A DNA stretch of 32,000 nucleotides from Candidatus Electrothrix sp. GW3-4 (GTDB lineage Bacteria; Desulfobacterota; Desulfobulbia; Desulfobulbales; Desulfobulbaceae). Both the position numbers and the translations under genes were made by a program. A model generated the notes under the pieces. That model worked only from the letters and a program-made list of their open reading frames with translations. It was not told where the DNA came from and ran no database searches. Every line of letters begins with the position of its first letter. Positions within the stretch are counted from its first letter, which is position 1. Below, piece after piece: positions 8,257 to 12,526 of the stretch. The DNA is taken from the NCBI RefSeq assembly GCF_037902255.1, contig NZ_CP147990.1, positions 2,490,001 to 2,522,000 on the forward strand, given 5' to 3'.

Positions 8257-9351
8257 CTACTCTGATTCCTCTGAGCCTCCTCTGGTTCCCAAGCTTCGGC
8301 TTGGGAATCCCTGTCCCTGAAGTCCTGCTTCCCAGATGAAGCGGAGCTTCACGATGATCATACCCAAGCAGAGCCTGGGCACCAGCAACCAGCATTTTTT
8401 TCGGGACCAAGCCCCTCCCTGACCGTCACTACTCCGTACGTTCCTTGTCCAGGGAGGTGGCTGCCCCTTGTCCTGCGCACTACCGTGCGGCCTGAGCTTA
8501 TGACCTGAGGCAAGGCGGAAGCCGACGTTGTCGTCGCGGCGGTCCGGCGAGTAGTGGAAACGGCAGGCGGAACGGACGTTCCTGCCGTTGCCGCCCCACG
8601 AGCCGCCCCGCATAACACGGAAGGAGCCCGATGCATGGTACGGATCAGCGACCGGCTGTTCTCCTAAGTGCTCCTCCCAGCTATCCGCACACCATTCCCA
8701 GACATTGCCGTGCATCTCGTACAGACCCCAAGGGTTCGGAGGCAGGGATTTGACCGGGACGGTCTTTTTCCGATAGGCGCCTTTTTCCCCGTTAGCATAG
8801 GGACGGTTGCCGTTATAGTTCACCTGTTCCGGCGTGATATTTGTACCAAAGGAAAACGGGGTGTCCGTGCCTGCCCGACAGGCATGTTCCCATTCCGCCT
8901 CTGTGGGTAGGCGGAAGAGCATGCCTTCTTCTGTCCCTCCGGCCTCCGCAATGCGTCGATTCAGCTCGGTAATAAACTCCTGGGCATTGTCCCAGCTCAC
9001 CTCTTCCACCGGGTTGAATTTATCGTCTTGGAACTCAACAGGATTCCTACCAATAATCGCCTGCCATGCCGCCTGGGTGACAGCAGTATCGGCCAGCCAG
9101 TAGCCTCTGGTCAGGCTGACCTTATGGAAATCTTCAGTGCTTAATCGGTCTGCCTCGTCAGCTGGTGAACCCATCATAAACTCCCCGGCGCAATCCAACG
9201 GAAACGCTGGCGCAGTTGCTTTAAATCTGGTTCCAAAACTCCGGCTTGGGAACGAGGAATCTGCAGGTCGGCATAGAGACCGTATTGATCCTCTCCCCAC
9301 TCGCAGGCCCATGCCGGGGGAAAGGCGGGAGGATGAAAGTTGCTCTGGCAT
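8257..9351 (-). CDS. DGR target 1: FGE-sulfatase (SUMF1/C-type-lectin-fold) domain protein carrying VR1; N-terminal part frameshifted and start uncertain
   Basis: FGE-sulfatase motifs: EFMMGSP...GYWLADTAVTQAAW...VSWDNAQEF...RLPTEAEWEHACRAG...NPWGLYEMHGNVWEWCAD...RVMRGGSW...GFRLA. The first ~58 codons of the ORF-track model are an out-of-frame reading of the linker. The first in-frame ATG is at 9177. The last ~80 codons read through a repeat element. Confidence 0.8.
   Translation of the reverse strand: MPEQLSSSRLSPGMGLRVGRGSIRSLCRPADSSFPSRSFGTRFKATAPAFPLDCAGEFMMGSPADEADRLSTEDFHKVSLTRGYWLADTAVTQAAWQAIIGRNPVEFQDDKFNPVEEVSWDNAQEFITELNRRIAEAGGTEEGMLFRLPTEAEWEHACRAGTDTPFSFGTNITPEQVNYNGNRPYANGEKGAYRKKTVPVKSLPPNPWGLYEMHGNVWEWCADSWEEHLGEQPVADPYHASGSFRVMRGGSWGGNGRNVRSACRFHYSPDRRDDNVGFRLASGHKLRPHGSAQDKGQPPPWTRNVRSSDGQGGAWSRKKCWLLVPRLCLGMIIVKLRFIWEAGLQGQGFPSRSLGTRGGSEESE
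8284..8390. repeat. Structured ~105-nt repeat, copy A (left island boundary, inside the target-1 3-prime tail)
   Basis: GGTTCCCAAGCTTCGGCTTGGGAATCC...GATGAAGCGGAGCTTCAC...CCCAAGCAGAGCCTGGGCACCAGC. About 85 percent similar by eye to copies at 11458-11557 and 17323-17431, in the same orientation. Confidence 0.7.
8475..8490 (-). promoter_or_regulatory. Short GC hairpin 14 nt 3-prime of VR1 (candidate DGR target-recognition structure)
   Basis: GCGCAC-TACC-GTGCGG: a 5-bp CGCAC/GTGCG stem with a 4-nt loop. Identical sequence at the same offset from VR2 (11641-11656). Absent next to the TR. Confidence 0.35.
8505..8628 (-). repeat. DGR variable region VR1
   Basis: 124 bp aligning without gaps to TR 9752-9875. 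15 mismatches, all at TR plus-strand T positions, which are A on the coding strand. Encodes GSFRVMRGGSWGGNGRNVRSACRFHYSPDRRDDNVGFRLAS. Confidence 0.9.
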
Positions 9352-9548
9352 CTAACTTCTGATCTCAGTGCTCCTCGTTCACTTCGGTACCCGACCTCCT
9401 GCTCGAGTACCCCCTGTGCAGCAGGTGCAGCAACCGTCGTATCGGCATCATTATCTCGTTGCCGCGCTGCTGGCGCATCGTGCGTCTGCTTTCGTTCAGC
9501 ACGAAATATCAGACGCTCTGTCCATTGACGAATTCCTGATTTTGCCAC
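9174..9548 (-). pseudogene. Upstream piece of target 1, separated from the FGS domain by a 1-nt frameshift
   Basis: Ends ...PPAWACEWGEDQYGLYADLQIPRSQAGVLEPDLKQLRQRFRWIAPGSL*. RFRWIAPG is the first strand of the FGE-sulfatase domain, which continues as EFMMGS in the other frame. Compared with paralog 12350-12366, one nt is missing near 9183-9190. Confidence 0.45.
9229..9253. repeat. Solo hairpin core of the repeat family (degenerate), in the target-1 linker
   Basis: GGTTCCAAAACTCCGGCTTGGGAAC, related to GGTTCCCAAGCTCCGGCTTGGGAAC. Confidence 0.5.
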
Positions 9549-9751
9549 CGAAAGACTACCTTGATTGACGGTGACCTGAAAAGTTCGGTCACCTGGAAAC
9601 GGATAAACAGTCAGGTGTTCATGGCAACAAGCATCCGCTTGGCATTACCAACGTGACTGCCACCTTGTTATTCGCTTTTAACCTGAAAAAAATCCGGAAA
9701 AAAGACAGGGCCTGATTTGGTCATGAGCGGTTGTTCCAATGCAACTCTGAG

Positions 9752-9875
9752 CTGAGGCAAGGCGGAAGCCGTTGTTGTCGTTGCGGTTGTCCGGCGAGTT
9801 GTGGTTACGGTAGGCGGAACGGACGTTCCTGCCGTTGTTGTTCCACGAGCCGCCCCGCATAACACGGTTGGAGCC
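9752..9875 (-). repeat. DGR template region (TR), non-coding
   Basis: Third copy of the 124-bp repeat. On the minus strand it carries 11 AAC codons (GSNRVMRGGSWNNNGRNVRSAYRNHNSPDNRNDNNGFRLAS). It has no FGS context around it and lies 62 nt downstream of the RT stop. Confidence 0.9.
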
Positions 9876-9898
9876 TTTGCAATCATAACCCTTTTCCT

Positions 9899-9934
9899 GG
9901 TTCCCAAGCTCCGGCTTGGGGTTCCAACGGGAAC
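9899..9934. repeat. Solo hairpin core between RT stop and TR
   Basis: GGTTCCCAAGCTCCGGCTTGGGGTTCC (CCCAAGC/GCTTGGG stem), immediately followed by GTTCC-AACG-GGAAC. Confidence 0.55.
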
Positions 9935-9937
9935 AGC

Positions 9938-10945
9938 CTATACATCCGGGGGCGGTTTATCCAATAATTGTTTCTTCCGCCATGCGGAACTGTCGGTTCC
10001 CTGTGCAACAGCATGGACGGCTGCATACGCTGTCTGTAATTGACAATCACTTAGGTTTCCTTGTTCATATTCCTGTTCCCAATACCGTCGCCTTCGGTTG
10101 ATTGTCTGTTTTCGCCGCCGACTTAATCGAACAATACCCTGCATGATCCTGAACCCGCAATAGGTCACTCCGGTTCGACAGGGAAGAATCTGCACATTGG
10201 ATTTAACTGTCAGTAAGCGTCGTTCCTGTAAATAATCAGCAACATCCCTCAGAGTGCACTTGGCATCTTTTTTTGAAGGACACCACCAAATAATATCATC
10301 CATATAACGAACAGCAGCAGTGACCTGCCGATGAGATGTCAGCAGACGATCCAGCCCGTCCAGATAGAAATTGGCAAAGTATTGAGAAGTCAGGGAGCCG
10401 ATGGGAAGTCCTTTCTCCTCCATATCAGGACAACTTTTTATAATGCGATACAGCTGATAATGAAACCGGTTCCCCTTAAAATGCCGCATAAGCAAACGAA
10501 GGAGAATCTCATGGTCTATTGCTGAAAAGTAAGCTGAAATATCAATTTTTACAAGCCACAGAAAACGCCGGAGATTTTTCTGTACCTGCTGAACAACCCT
10601 ATGCACCCCTTTGTTTTGTCGGCAGGCATAACTATGATGGACCATACTTTTTTCCAGTCGTTCTCCTGTCACGTTCATTACGGCATGATGAAAGATTCTG
10701 TCTTCAAAACAGGCTGCATGTATCAGACGTTTTTTCGGATCATGAATCTGAAAAGCCCTGAAGCGACCGTAGGGCATTTTTTCAGCAAGAATATCTCGGG
10801 CCATTCTGGAGAGCCTGCTGTCAAGTTCGCTGTAAAATTCCTGAACAATCCTGCGATGTCGCTTTCCTCTTGAAGCCTTATGCAGAGCAAGGCAAAGGTT
10901 CCTGTAATCAGCGATTTCTTCCAATGACACCTTTTGTCGTTTCAT
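9938..10945 (-). CDS. DGR-type reverse transcriptase
   Basis: 335 aa. RT motifs include IGSLTSQYFANFYL (the DGR-specific [ILV]GxxxSQ signature) and the catalytic YMDD. The size and the adjacent TR are typical of DGR RTs. Confidence 0.95.
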   Translation of the reverse strand: MKRQKVSLEEIADYRNLCLALHKASRGKRHRRIVQEFYSELDSRLSRMARDILAEKMPYGRFRAFQIHDPKKRLIHAACFEDRIFHHAVMNVTGERLEKSMVHHSYACRQNKGVHRVVQQVQKNLRRFLWLVKIDISAYFSAIDHEILLRLLMRHFKGNRFHYQLYRIIKSCPDMEEKGLPIGSLTSQYFANFYLDGLDRLLTSHRQVTAAVRYMDDIIWWCPSKKDAKCTLRDVADYLQERRLLTVKSNVQILPCRTGVTYCGFRIMQGIVRLSRRRKQTINRRRRYWEQEYEQGNLSDCQLQTAYAAVHAVAQGTDSSAWRKKQLLDKPPPDV

Positions 10946-10954
10946 CCAGTTTCA

Positions 10955-11287
10955 TCACTGTTCGAGGTGCTGTTTTTTTCGGCATTGCTCAAGGCAGGAG
11001 AGAAATTGTGCACTATATTTTTCAACCCGTGCCTGACCGATACCTTTTCCAGCAGATAACGCGGTATTTGAGCATATATTATCAGTGACCATCCATGCAA
11101 GCTGCGCATTGGTAAAGACGGCGTAGGCTGGAATACCCTCGTCCTCTGCTATCTGCTTTCTTAGATTACGGAGTTCTGCATATACTGAAAAGTCTTCAGG
11201 TGACAGTATCTCCTTGTAGTCCACCTGACTTTTCTTCCTGCCCGTTTTTGCCAGATCACCCATGGGAGCATGTTCAGCGGTTGTCAC
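10955..11287 (-). CDS. HRDC-domain DGR accessory protein
   Basis: 110 aa. SVYAELRNLRKQIAEDEGIPAYAVFTNAQLAWMV...ALSAGKGIGQARVEKYSAQFL matches the HRDC helical-bundle pattern seen in RecQ and RNase D C-termini. It sits 9 nt upstream of the RT on the same strand. Confidence 0.75.
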   Translation of the reverse strand: MTTAEHAPMGDLAKTGRKKSQVDYKEILSPEDFSVYAELRNLRKQIAEDEGIPAYAVFTNAQLAWMVTDNICSNTALSAGKGIGQARVEKYSAQFLSCLEQCRKKQHLEQ

Positions 11288-11457
11288 GCAGATCGACCAG
11301 AAACTGTTTGCACCGTCCTGAACAAAATTTTTTCTATACTCACAACCTGGTGCTGATTGACAAAACGATTCAGTTCAGTTTCGATCTCTTCCGGAAACTG
11401 TGCAGGAACAGCAAAAAATTTCAGCAAAACGGTTTCTCCCGAGAAGAAGTATCTTTT

Positions 11458-11557
11458 GGTTCCTCCGGCTTGGGAACTCTATTTCTGAAGCTCTGCTTCA
11501 CAGATGAAGCGGAGCTTCACGATGTTCGTGCCCAAGCAGAGCTTGGGGGCACCAGCG
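11458..11557. repeat. Structured repeat, copy B (first hairpin truncated), inside the target-2 3-prime tail
   Basis: GGTTCC--TCCGGCTTGGGAAC...GCTCTGCTTCACAGATGAAGCGGAGCTTCACGATGTTCGTGCCCAAGCAGAGCTTGGGGGCACCAGC. Confidence 0.7.
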
Positions 11558-12526
11558 CTTAAAAAATCGGGGCCAAACACCTCCCTGACCGTCACTACTC
11601 CGTACGTTCCTTGTCCAGGGAGGTGCCTGCCCCTTGCCCTGCGCACTACCGTGCGGCCTGAGCTTATGACCTGAGGCAAGGCGGAAGCCGTAGTCGTCGT
11701 CGCGGTAGTCCGGCGAGCGGTGGAGACGGTAGGCGGAACGGACGCTCCTGCCGTAGAGGTCCCACGAGCCGCCCCGCATAACACGGTCGGAGCCAGAGGT
11801 GTCATTGTATGGATCAGAGACAGCCTCTTCGCCTAAATTCTCCTCCCAGCTATCCGCACACCATTCCCAGACATTGCCGTGCATTTCATACAGTCCCCAA
11901 GGATTGGGCGGCAGGGATTTTACCGGGACGGTCTTTTCCCGATACTTCCCTTTTTCTCCGTCCGCATAGGGATGGTTGCCGTCATAATTCACCTGTTCAG
12001 AGGTGATATTTTTACCAAAGGAAAACGGGGTGTCTGTGCCTGCCCGGCAGGCATGTTCCCATTCCGCCTCCGTGGGCAGGCGGAAGAGCATCCCCTCTTC
12101 TGTCCCTCCCGCCTCCGCAAGGCGTCGATTCAGTTCGGCAATAAACTCCTGGGCATTGTCCCAGCTCACCTCTTCCACCGGGTTGAATTTATCGTCTTGG
12201 AACTCAGCAGGATTCCTACCAATAATCGCCTGCCATGCCGCCTGGGTGACAGCAGTATCGGCCAGCCAGTAGCCTCTGGTCAAGGTGACCTGGTGGTAAT
12301 CTTCATCGCCATCGCGTTCTTTTTCATCCGGCGGTGAACCCATCATAAACTCACCCGCCGGAATCCAACGAAAACGCTGGCGCAGGTTCTTTTCTCCGGT
12401 CCCCAAGCCGAAGCTTGGGGACCAGCGGAAGCTTGGGAACAAGGAATATGCAGGTCCGCATAGAGGCCAAAGCAATCCTGTCCTACCGCACTTGCCCACT
12501 TGGGTTTTATTAGCGCCTGCAGGCAC
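11498..12526 (-). CDS. DGR target 2: FGE-sulfatase domain module carrying VR2; probably the displaced C-terminal domain of the 677-aa ORF, start uncertain
   Basis: ...NLRQRFRWIPAGEFMMGSPPDEKERDGDEDYHQVTLTRGYWLADTAVTQAAW... Highly similar to target 1 outside the VR. There is no ATG or SD at the ORF-track GTG start. The first ATG (12346) overlaps the upstream stop as ATGA. Confidence 0.85.
   Translation of the reverse strand: MPAGANKTQVGKCGRTGLLWPLCGPAYSLFPSFRWSPSFGLGTGEKNLRQRFRWIPAGEFMMGSPPDEKERDGDEDYHQVTLTRGYWLADTAVTQAAWQAIIGRNPAEFQDDKFNPVEEVSWDNAQEFIAELNRRLAEAGGTEEGMLFRLPTEAEWEHACRAGTDTPFSFGKNITSEQVNYDGNHPYADGEKGKYREKTVPVKSLPPNPWGLYEMHGNVWEWCADSWEENLGEEAVSDPYNDTSGSDRVMRGGSWDLYGRSVRSAYRLHRSPDYRDDDYGFRLASGHKLRPHGSAQGKGQAPPWTRNVRSSDGQGGVWPRFFKRWCPQALLGHEHREAPLHL
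11641..11656 (-). promoter_or_regulatory. Short GC hairpin 14 nt 3-prime of VR2
   Basis: Same GCGCAC-TACC-GTGCGG as at 8475-8490. Confidence 0.35.
11671..11794 (-). repeat. DGR variable region VR2
   Basis: 124 bp, ungapped against the TR. 14 mismatches, all at TR adenines on the coding strand. Encodes GSDRVMRGGSWDLYGRSVRSAYRLHRSPDYRDDDYGFRLAS. Confidence 0.9.

Larger units (their letters stand above)
8257..12526 (-). mobile_element. Diversity-generating retroelement cassette. Order on the minus strand: target2(VR2), HRDC, RT, TR, target1(VR1)
   Basis: DGR-type RT, one TR and two VR copies with adenine-only mismatches, and an HRDC accessory gene. See the individual features. Confidence 0.9.

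Noticed and set aside
9678-9860. 60-aa ORF MRGGSWNNNGRNVRSAYRNHNSPDNRNDNNGFRLASAQ... as a protein-coding gene
   Set aside because: It is the DGR template region. It lacks the rest of the FGS domain, has no RBS, and its Asn-rich reading only reflects the AAC codons of the TR.
11288-11457. Promoter for the HRDC-RT-TR transcript (TTGTCA, 17 nt, AGTATA on the minus strand, around 11330-11365)
   Set aside because: The -10 hexamer is poor and several alternative spacings are possible. This is not strong enough to call without transcript data.
12343-12526. Programmed -1 ribosomal frameshift joining the 677-aa ORF to the FGS module
   Set aside because: I found no X-XXY-YYZ slippery heptamer. The GAG-AAA-AGA stretch has only four A residues, and the hairpin lies upstream of it rather than downstream. 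I kept this only as an alternative to test, not as a call.
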